In this document: in pieces, positions 1 through 10,199 of the stretch | How the letters are laid out: each line of letters begins with the position of its first letter | How positions within the stretch are numbered: position 1 is the first letter of the stretch | Assembly (NCBI GenBank): GCA_964508365.1 | Contig: CAZDTP010000054.1 | Span: 1-27,100, forward strand | DNA from: an uncultured archaeon | Lineage (GTDB): Archaea > Asgardarchaeota > Lokiarchaeia > Sigyniarchaeales > SOKP01 | Reading direction: 5' to 3' | DNA length: 27,100 bases | Program-made: the position numbers and the translations under genes | Notes under the pieces: model-generated | Told to the model about the DNA's origin: nothing | Databases searched by the model: none | The model's input: the letters and a program-made list of their open reading frames with translations, nothing else

Positions 1-219
1 AAGAGAACTCATTAAAATGGTCTCAAAAGATTCACCTATACCTCCAGGCGTTAATTTACTAAAATTAGCAAACAAAATTGTATACATGATTATTAAAAGA
101 ATTAGTATAGAATATTGAGATTTAACCGATCTATATTCCCTTACTCTTGAGATGTAAAAGGGAATAGTTATTATGAATACTATTAAACTCAGAATAAAAT
201 AAATCTCTAAAAAAAACAT
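1..219 (-). CDS. Possible membrane protein, 5' part only (runs off the left edge)
   Basis: Manual translation: ATG at 219 opens a 73-codon hydrophobic frame (MFFLEIYFILSLIVFIITIPFYISRVREYRS...ILILLIIMYTILFANF...) with no stop before position 1. Not in the ORF track. The same frame upstream has two stops, so it could be a pseudogene. Confidence 0.4.
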   Translation of the reverse strand, partial: MFFLEIYFILSLIVFIITIPFYISRVREYRSVKSQYSILILLIIMYTILFANFSKLTPGGIGESFETILMSSL

Positions 220-462
220 ACAACCTTATTCTAATAATAAATTTTTAAAATACACTAATTGATCAAAGGTGAATCCCATGATAATCTATTGGAGAAATAA
301 AGAGAATAAAAAGATTAAGCAATGGAGTCCTACTATGAAAATATCAACTTGATATACCTTTTAGCAAAAATAATACATAAAAATAAATTAGTGTATAGTT
401 TTTTTATACTTAAATATCAAGGAACTGCTAAGAATTAAAATTAAATCAACCTCGTACCTTTT

Positions 463-1887
463 ATGACTGACCAAGAAACTTATAATGAGACTTTACGCGA
501 AATCAGCGGACTTTTTTCGTTTCTTACGGAAGGACAACCATCGCCTGATGATGAAATTGAAGCGAAAGACAAACTCATTAATTATTTTACTAACTTAAAA
601 AACGATAGTTCAGATTCAGAACGGAAAGTTTTTATCGAGGAAATTCTTAAAAAGTTGGATGATTGGGATACGCTTGATCTTTGGTTTTCAGAAACAACAT
701 TACCTGCCGATATAAGAAACATAATAAATATTCCAGATGATGTAAAATTAAATGGGGAACAGATTCAAGAAAGAATTGCGGAATCCACAATTGTATCTAA
801 GAATGGAGATTCAGAAATAGATTTAACTGACATATTTAACAAAGTTTCAGACCAATTCAAAGGTGAAATCGAAAGTTTAAAGGGTAAAATAGATGGCCTT
901 AAAAAAGAGTTGGAGAAGAAAGATAAGGATATTCAGAGTGTGACTACCAAGCGAGAAGTTCACAAGATTACTCCCCGCAAAAATGTAAAACTTGTTCCTC
1001 CTAAAATAAGGATTCCTGTTATAAAGAGAATGATAAAACCACCCCCAACTTCAAAACAGTCAATTCCTAAAACTCCAATTATACCTAATAAAACCGTAGA
1101 AAAATCAGTTGTTCTAAAACCAATAGATGTAAATTTGGAGCCGTCGAAAGAACAGTTATCTCCTATTCCTTTGGAACCATTTGAAAAACCAATAATCTTG
1201 GATAAGCCTGATTTAACTCCCATTCCTAAAAAAACACCAAAAATTAGCCCAGTTGTGATAGAGGAATCCGTAGATATTCCCATAGCAGCAGAAAAAAGGA
1301 AAATAACGCCAATAATAACTGAAGAGCCCGAAGAGATACTATCATCAGAAACCTCTGATGTTATGTCATTTTTAACAGAGAAACCAAAAATTTCCGCCAT
1401 GAGGATTGAGGAGATTGAAAGCGAATCAATTGTTTCTAGTGCATCTGACTTATTTAATGTATTTTCTTCTATGGGAAATAAAACCTCAGAAAAACCAAAA
1501 GAAGCAACTGGCTTTTCGGAGATACCCGCCAAAGTAGAAGTCAAGAAGAAGGAAGAAAAGAAGAACAAACCCAGTAAAGATGTTCAAGAGGCAGATGTTA
1601 TGCCTTTTATTGATTTTAATAAAGTAGATGTTAGTATGGAATCGACTTTTGATTCTCCAAATTTAGACAATATTTCAGATGATAAAGACACTCTATATCA
1701 AGAATTGATTGCTCTTGAGGGAAAGCGTTATTCGTTAGAAAGGAGTTTTAAAGATTTAGAGAGAGGCTTTAATAAAGGTTCAATGTCAGATTCAGAGTTT
1801 AAAAGTCAAAATAACGATTTGAAAAATAAACTGAATGAAATTACTTCCCGCATTAATAAAATTAGAAGAATAATTTCCAGTTTGTAG
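463..1887 (+). CDS. Hypothetical protein: helical N-terminal domain, coiled coil, long Pro/Glu/Lys-rich linker, C-terminal coiled-coil/SHOCT-like hairpin
   Basis: 474-aa ORF. Heptad-like segments EIESLKGKIDGLKKELEKKDKDIQ and LYQELIALEGKRYSLERSFKDLERGFNKGSMSDSEFKSQNNDLKNKLNEI; Pro-rich centre. Confidence 0.8.
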   Translation: MTDQETYNETLREISGLFSFLTEGQPSPDDEIEAKDKLINYFTNLKNDSSDSERKVFIEEILKKLDDWDTLDLWFSETTLPADIRNIINIPDDVKLNGEQIQERIAESTIVSKNGDSEIDLTDIFNKVSDQFKGEIESLKGKIDGLKKELEKKDKDIQSVTTKREVHKITPRKNVKLVPPKIRIPVIKRMIKPPPTSKQSIPKTPIIPNKTVEKSVVLKPIDVNLEPSKEQLSPIPLEPFEKPIILDKPDLTPIPKKTPKISPVVIEESVDIPIAAEKRKITPIITEEPEEILSSETSDVMSFLTEKPKISAMRIEEIESESIVSSASDLFNVFSSMGNKTSEKPKEATGFSEIPAKVEVKKKEEKKNKPSKDVQEADVMPFIDFNKVDVSMESTFDSPNLDNISDDKDTLYQELIALEGKRYSLERSFKDLERGFNKGSMSDSEFKSQNNDLKNKLNEITSRINKIRRIISSL

Positions 1888-1902
1888 AGTAAGCTATAGA
1901 TA

Positions 1903-2664
1903 TTAATCTCTTACATTAAACATTGAAGGCATCATTAACTTGTGTCTCGCTGCACTCATCAATTCTCGTACTTTTTGAATATCTTCATCATTTAAACCGT
2001 CAAAATTAATATTATAATCAATTCTATAAAGAATTTCATCTAATATATCATATGTTAATCCTATTTCGTCTTCATCGGTTTGTCCTGTCCAGAGACCTGC
2101 GCTAGGGGGCTTGATAATTATTCTTTCAGGAATACTCAAAATTTTAGCTAACGTTCTAACTTCTTGTTTATAGAGAGAAGCCAACGGTTCAAAATCTGCG
2201 GCTCCATCTCCATATTTAGTGAAATATCCAATAGCCAATTCAGCTCGATTACTTGTTCCAGCAATCAAGCTTTTTCCCTTTGTTTGACCATAGAAGTATA
2301 ATGCTGTCATGCGTAACCTAGGTTTGAGGTTAGCGCTAGCTAAGTTATTTCTTTTATAGTTAGAACCAATTATACTTAAGAATTTTTCGTAGACGGGATT
2401 TAAATCTAATTCAGTGAAATCAATTTCTAAGGATTTAGCTACTAATTTAGCATCTTCTAAATCTTGAGAAATGGAACCACAAGGTAAACCCAATCCAAAA
2501 ATATTTTTATTCCCAAGCGCTTTTGTACATAAAGCAGCCGTAACTGCGCTGTCTATCCCACCACTAAGACCTACAATAATATTCTCAGCATTTGCAGACT
2601 TAGCATAATTAAATATCCAATTCTGAATATCGAGAATTATTTTTTCATAAACGAGTTCTCGCAT
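1903..2664 (-). CDS. nadE: NH3-dependent NAD+ synthetase
   Basis: GLSGGIDSAV PP-loop, NLKPRLRM, GYFTKYGDG and KPPSAGLWTGQTDE motifs. 253 aa, no glutaminase domain. Confidence 0.96.
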   Translation of the reverse strand: MRELVYEKIILDIQNWIFNYAKSANAENIIVGLSGGIDSAVTAALCTKALGNKNIFGLGLPCGSISQDLEDAKLVAKSLEIDFTELDLNPVYEKFLSIIGSNYKRNNLASANLKPRLRMTALYFYGQTKGKSLIAGTSNRAELAIGYFTKYGDGAADFEPLASLYKQEVRTLAKILSIPERIIIKPPSAGLWTGQTDEDEIGLTYDILDEILYRIDYNINFDGLNDEDIQKVRELMSAARHKLMMPSMFNVRD

Positions 2665-2817
2665 AATGTGTATTAATCTTTTTTTTATTAAAAATTCATT
2701 TATGGTTAAACCAAAAAGATAAGATTCAAATAAGATTTCTAAGATTATAAATAAAAAAAAAAACTCTTTATTATCATATAACTATATTATAAGAAAATTA
2801 GAGCAAATTGAACTAGA

Positions 2818-3231
2818 ATGACAGACTTCAAAGCGATTGTGGAATCATCGTACGATAACGGAACACCACTTTGGATTTACACAAGTGATTATATTTTTGG
2901 AATGGTACCTGTGGATGCAAATGGAGCTCGTTGGAAAGAAATCTCCTATACTTTTGAAGAACCTGATAATCCTCTTTTTGTAACTGAAAGAACCGCAGAT
3001 TTATCATTTCAATTTTTATTGGAAGAGGTCGAGAAAGGTGTATCTTTCTACGTTGAAGATCTTAAAATCCCTATGGTTAAAGAATATTCTAAAACTCTTG
3101 AGGGTATACCTGGTCCTGAAAAAATCAAAGCATTTATCACTGAATTAATTAACAATTCCACTAAATATTCTTCTAATTTACCAATTATTAAAAATAAAGA
3201 TGAAATTGGGACCTTAATAAGTAAAGTTTAA
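2818..3231 (+). CDS. Hypothetical protein (acidic, 137 aa)
   Basis: Clean ORF with protein-like composition; no family recognised. Confidence 0.75.
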   Translation: MTDFKAIVESSYDNGTPLWIYTSDYIFGMVPVDANGARWKEISYTFEEPDNPLFVTERTADLSFQFLLEEVEKGVSFYVEDLKIPMVKEYSKTLEGIPGPEKIKAFITELINNSTKYSSNLPIIKNKDEIGTLISKV

Positions 3232-3331
3232 AAATTTCTGCGAGATTTTAGATTTGTACTTTATCTTTAATCCTTTATATCAAAAAAGAAATTAGATTTT
3301 TTAATCTTAGTTTTAAGATAAATAGATTTTT

Positions 3332-3835
3332 TTAGATGTATAAATTCTTTCTTTGAGGATGTTTTCTAGTGAATTCCTCATCGATCCTCTTTACCATTTG
3401 AGGACCTAAGTTGGCATCTCTTTCGCTAATAATCTTCTTTAAATAATCTCCATGTTGCTGAGAATATTTTTCGATACCTGCAGCAACTATATTCTGATCC
3501 TTTTTGATAGGAACAATCATTCCAAACAAGCGAAGCATTTCATCAGGAGTTAAATTTTTCCCAATTCCCAGTGAATCATCTATATCACGGTCAATGTTAC
3601 GAACAATCGAGCCCATACTTAAAGAAGAATAAGGACTTAACATTTTTGACTTAAGCCAATACGCATTGGGTTTTTTTGTAATAAATGTGTCTGAATTTCC
3701 ATGATCGTCTTTAGATCCAATCACTCTCCAATCGTTTGGATCTTTATCATACTCTCTTTTCAATTCTTTTATAATCGGCTTGATTGGAGCAACTCCGTCT
3801 TTTTCTTCTTCGTTATTTGTCATGCTTCTGATCAT
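3332..3835 (-). CDS. Hypothetical protein (167 aa)
   Basis: Clean ORF convergent with the previous gene; no family recognised. The start could be the second Met. Confidence 0.75.
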   Translation of the reverse strand: MIRSMTNNEEEKDGVAPIKPIIKELKREYDKDPNDWRVIGSKDDHGNSDTFITKKPNAYWLKSKMLSPYSSLSMGSIVRNIDRDIDDSLGIGKNLTPDEMLRLFGMIVPIKKDQNIVAAGIEKYSQQHGDYLKKIISERDANLGPQMVKRIDEEFTRKHPQRKNLYI

Positions 3836-3961
3836 ATTAAATAATTACAACTATAAAAACATAAAGAATATACCATATAAGAGTTGAAATATAATTAAAA
3901 CACCACATTCATTCATAATACCTAAATTAATTTGAACTGAAGAAGAATAGAAGTTGCAATA

Positions 3962-5827
3962 ATGAACGATAAGAAAAATAATCTAAGTATTGACTCATTA
4001 TTCGAGATTTTTCTAAATTCTATTGAAACTGGAAATCATAAGAAAACAACGGAGTGTTTGAGTTCAATTCCTAGTATTGAATCAAATTTTCTAAGAGTAT
4101 ATCATAATAGGAAAAAAGAAGGCGCATTTTATACTCGTGATTCAATAGCTTATTTTATAATTACCCATGGTTTAATTTTATTCTTCAACAACTATTTAAA
4201 AAAGTACAAGATTGATAATATCGACGATATTTACAAGTTGAATAAAGAGGGAAAAGACAAAATCAAAAAAAAACTGGTGAATTTTACTATTCTTGACCCT
4301 GCTTGTGGGACGGGAGTTTTTCTTCGTAGTGCAATTAAAATTATCGTGGGATTATTAAGAACTCTTGAACCAGACTCTGACTTTGAAGAAATCAAATTTC
4401 ATGTATATAAGAATCTTTTTGGTTCTGAAATCAACCAAAATGCGAGAAAACTTTGCATTTTAAAATTATTTAAATTATTTAATGATAGTAACAATTCTTT
4501 TGATTCAAAGCTCTTATCAATTCTAAATTCTAATATCACACTTGAAGATAGTTTAGTGAGAAAAAGAGATTTTAAATTCGATTTAATTATAGGAAATCCT
4601 CCTTATGGAAACATACTCGATAATACTCAGAAAGAGAGATTAAAATCTGAAAATATTTTTTATAATGATATTTACTGTGCTTTCATATTAAAATCTCTGA
4701 GTTGGACAACTGGTATTATCGGGTATCTGGTTCCTAAGAGTTTCCTACTCAGGCAAGGATATGTTAAATTTAGAGAGAATTTGTTTTCCAGAGCTAATTT
4801 ACTCAAAATATACGATATCGGCCCAAATATATTTGCTAAAGCTACAAATGAAGTACAAATTTTATTGTATGAAAATAAAAGTGAGATAGTTAAAGATTTA
4901 GAAGTATTTCAGTATCCTAATACCGAAGTTGTTAGATACACCAGTCAAGAGGTTGATACTTTAAGAATTTGTTTTAATAAAATTTGCCCTTTAAGTGTTC
5001 ATGCTAAAAAAATTTACGCATATGTTTATGATCTAAACTGTCCATACTGTAATTCTAAAACTTTTGCTTTAAATCGCATCAGAATTAAACCAGATAAAAA
5101 AATATTGAATCTTATAAATAAAATTGAAAAATCAGGAGATGTAAATTATCTTAATATCAATCGATTCCCCAACATGATTAGGGGAGAAGAAGATAAAGGG
5201 TTAAAACATGTTAGAACTCTCATTGAACAAAATACAAGTAATAATTGCTATTTCATAAAGGCAAAAGGAGATTTTAATTATTACTTTTTTAATAAAGAAA
5301 AATCGTTTGACATCGAAAAAGCAGATCCAAGAATTTTAAAGGGCACTAATTTCGAATTTTATACTAATCCAAAGCTATTAATTAAGCACAATAGTATTTT
5401 TCCTCAATCAGTTTTCAGTAAAGAAGAGGTATGTTTTACATCTTCAATCTATTCAATAATTAACGATGATCATGTAGAGTTAAAGTACATCAACGCAATT
5501 ATAAATTCTTCTCTTATGCAATATTATTGCCTTTACGGAATAAACAATCAACAAAACACGACGATAAATCTAAACCAATATATGATCCGGCACTTACCAA
5601 TTAAGAACGCTTCCCCAGATGAAAAAAATATTTTAAACGAAAAGGTTCAGGATGTAATTAACGCTCTCCTAGATTCTAATGGAAAACTAAACGGAGAAAT
5701 AAATAATAAATTAAGACAGATTGAAGGTAAAATTTTTGAACTATATGAAATAGACGGGAATGAACGAGAAATGATAGTTTCAGACATCAAAAATCGAATC
5801 GATTTCTATAAGACGGTTTATCAATAA
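3962..5827 (+). CDS. N6-adenine DNA methyltransferase (Eco57I/TaqI-like, gamma class) with C-terminal target-recognition region
   Basis: Motif I ILDPACGTGVFL precedes motif IV IIGNPPY. N-terminal GAFYT motif, YLVPKSFL, and TaqI_C-like KLLIKH...F / LKYINAIINSSLM...Y. Confidence 0.9.
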   Translation: MNDKKNNLSIDSLFEIFLNSIETGNHKKTTECLSSIPSIESNFLRVYHNRKKEGAFYTRDSIAYFIITHGLILFFNNYLKKYKIDNIDDIYKLNKEGKDKIKKKLVNFTILDPACGTGVFLRSAIKIIVGLLRTLEPDSDFEEIKFHVYKNLFGSEINQNARKLCILKLFKLFNDSNNSFDSKLLSILNSNITLEDSLVRKRDFKFDLIIGNPPYGNILDNTQKERLKSENIFYNDIYCAFILKSLSWTTGIIGYLVPKSFLLRQGYVKFRENLFSRANLLKIYDIGPNIFAKATNEVQILLYENKSEIVKDLEVFQYPNTEVVRYTSQEVDTLRICFNKICPLSVHAKKIYAYVYDLNCPYCNSKTFALNRIRIKPDKKILNLINKIEKSGDVNYLNINRFPNMIRGEEDKGLKHVRTLIEQNTSNNCYFIKAKGDFNYYFFNKEKSFDIEKADPRILKGTNFEFYTNPKLLIKHNSIFPQSVFSKEEVCFTSSIYSIINDDHVELKYINAIINSSLMQYYCLYGINNQQNTTINLNQYMIRHLPIKNASPDEKNILNEKVQDVINALLDSNGKLNGEINNKLRQIEGKIFELYEIDGNEREMIVSDIKNRIDFYKTVYQ

Positions 5828-5853
5828 TTTATCGTTTAAATCTAACGCTTTAC

Positions 5854-6882
5854 TTATTCCTCTAGATTGAGAATAAAATCGCACACTGAATCCCCTAAAC
5901 CAATGAATTTGTCTCTTTTTATTTCGATTTTAGGATTAAACTCCCTAATAACGGGTTTTAAATATGGAATACACATTTCTTTGCAAATTGATTCAATTCT
6001 GATGTGTCTATCTGGATTTCTCTCCATCGCTTCTATGTAAGGGCATTTATTGATATTTATAGTGGCAATTTTATTTCCAATTTGAATAATTTCATGCGTA
6101 TTCCCTTCGCAATTCCACACAAAAGAAAGGATTTCAATTAAATCAATTAATGAATTTCCCGTGATGTTCAAATACTTAATCACCCTGCGAAATACAATCT
6201 TATATAATCTCTGCCACACCATTATATCAAGCTTTAGTGTGGAATCCCAACCTAATTCCTTCTCTGTTTCTATTACCCATAATCCATCGAGTGTTCTAAA
6301 ATTCTTTTCAAAATAAAAAAGCTTATCAGCGTTACTGATTTTTCTTGCCTTTTTAATAGGTACGCCTTTTTCTGCTTTATGTAAAGATTTTCCTTCAAAG
6401 GAAAATGTAAAATCGCAATAATCGTCTCCTAAGCCCATATATCTTGTCCTTTCGATTGCTATATTCTCATTAAAATCTTTTATAATAGCTTTATAGAAAG
6501 GGATGCACATGTTTTTACATATTAATTGTTGTTTTTCTTTCCGTTCTGGATTACGATCCATTGTGGATTTATAAGGACATTGATTTACTAAAATCTTAAC
6601 TCTATCTTCATTAACTTGCTGTATTTCATACTTCCAACCTTCTATAGACCACCGGAAAGTAAGAATCTCGATTAAGTTAGCAATATCGTTCTTTTCTAAA
6701 TTTAAATATTTTTTCAATCTACGAATTATAACCTTAAGCAACTTTTTCCATACAATTAGATCAATCTTTAACGCAGTCTCCCAATTGGTCATTTCTTCAA
6801 TCTCAATCATCCAGAGTCCATCTAAAGTAAAAAAACTTCTTTCAAAGAAGAAAATTTTATCATCTTGTTTTACTTTTCTCAT
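5854..6882 (-). CDS. Tandem-domain DUF6125 / ATC-hydrolase (V4R-like) family protein
   Basis: Two internal repeats, each with F.TLDGLW, CPY..M.RNP, C..MCIP and GLGD..CDF. Confidence 0.75.
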   Translation of the reverse strand: MRKVKQDDKIFFFERSFFTLDGLWMIEIEEMTNWETALKIDLIVWKKLLKVIIRRLKKYLNLEKNDIANLIEILTFRWSIEGWKYEIQQVNEDRVKILVNQCPYKSTMDRNPERKEKQQLICKNMCIPFYKAIIKDFNENIAIERTRYMGLGDDYCDFTFSFEGKSLHKAEKGVPIKKARKISNADKLFYFEKNFRTLDGLWVIETEKELGWDSTLKLDIMVWQRLYKIVFRRVIKYLNITGNSLIDLIEILSFVWNCEGNTHEIIQIGNKIATININKCPYIEAMERNPDRHIRIESICKEMCIPYLKPVIREFNPKIEIKRDKFIGLGDSVCDFILNLEE

Positions 6883-7132
6883 TAAAAAATCCTAATTCAA
6901 ATATTAAATTTTTAAATATGGAAATGCATCAATATTATTAATAGTATCAATAAAATTATTAATACCCGTAAAAATTTTCAAAACTTTTCCTTTCGTAAAA
7001 TCTTGATGATTTACTGAATCCTATAAAGGTTTATTTATACATTTTGGTTATTAATAGGAATTGTGGAAGATTTAGATTTCAAAACTTTTAAATATTGACA
7101 ATTATTTAATTAATTTTGATTTACCTAAATTA

Positions 7133-8050
7133 GTGATTACTACATTGGGAGATATTCTATTTGCACTCTTTCTAAGCTTACTTGCTGGATTATCAACCAC
7201 AATTGGAAGTGTTATTGCTTTTATTGTAAAAAAGCCTAATCCCATATTTATTTCCTTTATTATGGGTTTTTCAGCAGGAGTAATGATACTGATCGCATTT
7301 GTGGAATTACTGCAAGAAGGCATTAAATCCATAGGGTTATTAGGAGGTTCACTGTTTTTCTTCTTGGGGATGTTGATTATGTTCGGTATTGATGCATTCA
7401 TCTCTCACGAGTATGAATTCGAAGATTCGATAGAAATTTTAAAGAATAACAATGGATCCTGCAAACCTCATCCACATCATGTCCTGTATCATAAAAAATC
7501 TAAAAATGGAAGGCATCGAGCTCGTCAAGGGCTTCGTCAAGGAACAAGAGACGGGACCAGAAACCAACCTCTCGATGGAAATGGACGTATATCTGAAATC
7601 AATCTAGTAAAAACATCTATTTTTACATTTTTAGGCATTTTCATTCATAACTTTCCCGAGGGAATGGCTACATATATAGGAACAATTACAAATATTCAAA
7701 TAGGACTTATTTTGGCAGTAGCTATAGCCCTTCATAACATTCCTGAAGGAATTGCCGTCTCCGTACCTATTTATGCATGTACAGGAAATAAAAAAAAAGC
7801 GTTTAAGTGGTCGTTTCTTTCTGGAATAAGCGAACCATTAGGTGCCGTTGTTACTTGGATAGTTTTAACTCCTTTTATTACCCCATTTTTATTAAGTGCG
7901 ATGCTTGCTATCGTTGGAGGTATAATGATTTACATTTCGTTAGACGAGTTATTACCTGCTTCAAGATCACTAGGAAACGAACACATATCCATTTTTGGGA
8001 TAATTATAGGCATGTTTGTCATGACACTCAGTTTAGCATTATTAGGTTAA
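7133..8050 (+). CDS. zupT: ZIP-family zinc/divalent metal transporter (ZupT-like)
   Basis: GFSAGVM, IFIHNFPEG and AIALHNIPEG metal-site motifs, SGISEPLG and YISLDELLP. GTG start. Confidence 0.92.
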   Translation: MITTLGDILFALFLSLLAGLSTTIGSVIAFIVKKPNPIFISFIMGFSAGVMILIAFVELLQEGIKSIGLLGGSLFFFLGMLIMFGIDAFISHEYEFEDSIEILKNNNGSCKPHPHHVLYHKKSKNGRHRARQGLRQGTRDGTRNQPLDGNGRISEINLVKTSIFTFLGIFIHNFPEGMATYIGTITNIQIGLILAVAIALHNIPEGIAVSVPIYACTGNKKKAFKWSFLSGISEPLGAVVTWIVLTPFITPFLLSAMLAIVGGIMIYISLDELLPASRSLGNEHISIFGIIIGMFVMTLSLALLG

Positions 8051-8090
8051 AAAGAAAAAAGTGGAATATTAAATATTTAACAGAAGCTAT

Positions 8091-9230
8091 TTATCTTAGC
8101 CTAGGAGGTGGCACATATACTTTTCGCATACCTTCTAGCAATGTTATAGCGTTTTCGGGACAAAAATGAGCACAAACCCCACAACCAATGCAATATTCAG
8201 CATTAACTTCGGCAATATCACTTTCATTCAATTCTATAGCGTCAACGGGACATTTTTCGACGCAAGTTCCACAACCACTACATAAATCCGGATCTATTTG
8301 CGATAGATGATTAGTTGAGTTAATTAAAGCGACTATTCCCATTCTCCACCATTCCAAAGTGCCACAACAATCCTTACAGCAATTACATATGCTAGTCTCT
8401 ACTTTTGTGATATCAGAATGGGGATGAAAAGCTTTGTGAACTAAGCCATCATCTTCAGACTTTTTCATTATCTCTAAGGCTTCCTCTTTGGAAATTGAAC
8501 GTCCAAATCCTTGTTCTGCTACGTACTTTGCAGATTTACCGAATGTAAAACAATTTTCTCTGAGATTAGTCTGTTTACATGGCTTACCCAATAAATCTTT
8601 ATGATGTCGGCAAAAACAATGCGCTACAGAAATGTTTTCAAATTTTTCAATTAACTCTTCAACTTTTTGAGTAGGTATTATAACTTCTTCGGGAACTTCT
8701 ATTTCTTCATTGATAGATAGACTGATCTCGTCTCCTTGAATAGTATCCGCTAAAATTGGCACGGTTCTATCAATCGGAAGCATATTTTCAAAAATAGGTA
8801 AGATCTGGTCGTAATTTGCTTGAATAAAATCCTGAGTTTCTTCGAAGTAATCTAAAAACATTTTTGCTAGTTTCTTATTATCTTCATTATATTCTATTTT
8901 TTTCATGTAAAGATATTCAAATGCTCCGACCATAAGCAATGGCATTAGCCTGTAAATCATTACACCTTCTGAACTTGGTTGGTTAAAAATGAACCCTTTC
9001 TTTGCTAATCTTTCAACGAATGATAATATTTGAACTTCGGGTAATTTACTAGTTCTTTTTAATTCTTCCATCTTTTGAGAAGTTTTCCTCTTGAATGCAT
9101 TGATAAAATCCAATTCGTCCTCGCTCAGTAGTAATTTCAATATCTCTATTAAAGTTTTGTTTACTGGCGTAGGGAGACTTCCAGCCTTAGTTATTAAGAA
9201 AGCTGCTTTTTTATATTTTTCTTCAGACAT
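8091..9230 (-). CDS. 4Fe-4S dicluster (ferredoxin) domain protein with N-terminal helix-turn-helix-like region
   Basis: C-terminal CSGCGTCVEKCP and CIGCGVCAHFCP; additional CFCR, ENCFTFG and ICNCCKDCC Cys clusters. Confidence 0.88.
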   Translation of the reverse strand: MSEEKYKKAAFLITKAGSLPTPVNKTLIEILKLLLSEDELDFINAFKRKTSQKMEELKRTSKLPEVQILSFVERLAKKGFIFNQPSSEGVMIYRLMPLLMVGAFEYLYMKKIEYNEDNKKLAKMFLDYFEETQDFIQANYDQILPIFENMLPIDRTVPILADTIQGDEISLSINEEIEVPEEVIIPTQKVEELIEKFENISVAHCFCRHHKDLLGKPCKQTNLRENCFTFGKSAKYVAEQGFGRSISKEEALEIMKKSEDDGLVHKAFHPHSDITKVETSICNCCKDCCGTLEWWRMGIVALINSTNHLSQIDPDLCSGCGTCVEKCPVDAIELNESDIAEVNAEYCIGCGVCAHFCPENAITLLEGMRKVYVPPPRLR

Positions 9231-9368
9231 TTATATCATTTGAAATTTTAAGGTTTAATAATATTTAAAAAAGTTCAAAATTAAAAAGTTTTAATCAATG
9301 AGCAATAACTAAAGCATTTATAAAAAACTAATATTATAAAATATATTCTTAAAACCGAGGAGAACGAT

Positions 9369-10178
9369 ATGGAATTTAAAAATATTTTGTATAAAAAGGA
9401 GGATCAAGTAGTAATAATAACTATTAATCGTCCTGAGGTTCGTAATTGCATAAATAACGAAACGAATTTAGAATTACAAGAAGCGTGGAAATCTTTTCGC
9501 GATGATGATGACGCCTTAGTTGCTATTTTCACGGGAGCAGGCGATAAAGCGTTTTCTGCAGGGTGGGATCTCAATGATGCCGCTGCAATTGAAAGAATTG
9601 AAAATTACGATCAATTTCGCGTTGCAGTCCATGACATTGATGGATTTTGTGGATATACCAAAAAGTTTGACATTTTTAAACCAATTATAGCAGCTGTAAA
9701 TGGTTACACTTATGCAGCGGGCCTTGAAAATTGTCTAATAGCAGATATTCGAATAGCCTCAGAAAAAGCTAAATTTGGGGTCACAGAAAGACGTTGGAAC
9801 ATTGTAGCTGGTGATGGTCTTTGCGTTCGATTACCTCTTGTAATTGGATATTCGCGCGCAATGGAACTCATTATTACCGGTCGAGTAATTGATGCTCAAG
9901 AAGCCTATCGAATTGGCTTAGTTAATGAAGTAGTCCCTCACGATCAACTAATGAAAAGAGCTAAAGAATTAGCATTGTCCATTTGTAAGCTGCCTCAGGG
10001 AGCGATTCGAACAGACAAGGAGACGGTAGTAAGATGCGTTGGTCGAACAGTTGAGGAAAGAACTTTTATTGAAACCGAAGGCGTTATGTCTATGTTTGTT
10101 AGAAGAGATAAACATACCGAAGGCGCTAGGGCATTTCTTCAGAAGAGAAAACCAGAATGGAAGGATCGAGGTATTTAA
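9369..10178 (+). CDS. Enoyl-CoA hydratase/isomerase (crotonase) family protein
   Basis: ITINRPEVRN, AFSAGWDL oxyanion motif, KPIIAAVNG, IDAQEAYRIGLVNEVV. GAGGAG RBS just upstream. Confidence 0.93.
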   Translation: MEFKNILYKKEDQVVIITINRPEVRNCINNETNLELQEAWKSFRDDDDALVAIFTGAGDKAFSAGWDLNDAAAIERIENYDQFRVAVHDIDGFCGYTKKFDIFKPIIAAVNGYTYAAGLENCLIADIRIASEKAKFGVTERRWNIVAGDGLCVRLPLVIGYSRAMELIITGRVIDAQEAYRIGLVNEVVPHDQLMKRAKELALSICKLPQGAIRTDKETVVRCVGRTVEERTFIETEGVMSMFVRRDKHTEGARAFLQKRKPEWKDRGI

Positions 10179-10199
10179 GACTAAAATTTAATTGTAAAA

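Noticed and set aside
960-1568. 202-aa minus-strand ORF
   Set aside because: Antisense shadow of the Pro/Lys/Glu-rich gene; its hydrophobic look comes from complementing A-rich codons.
7102-8169. ORFs 7102-7401 (-) and 7807-8169 (+)
   Set aside because: They overlap the well-supported ZIP transporter and have no recognisable motifs.
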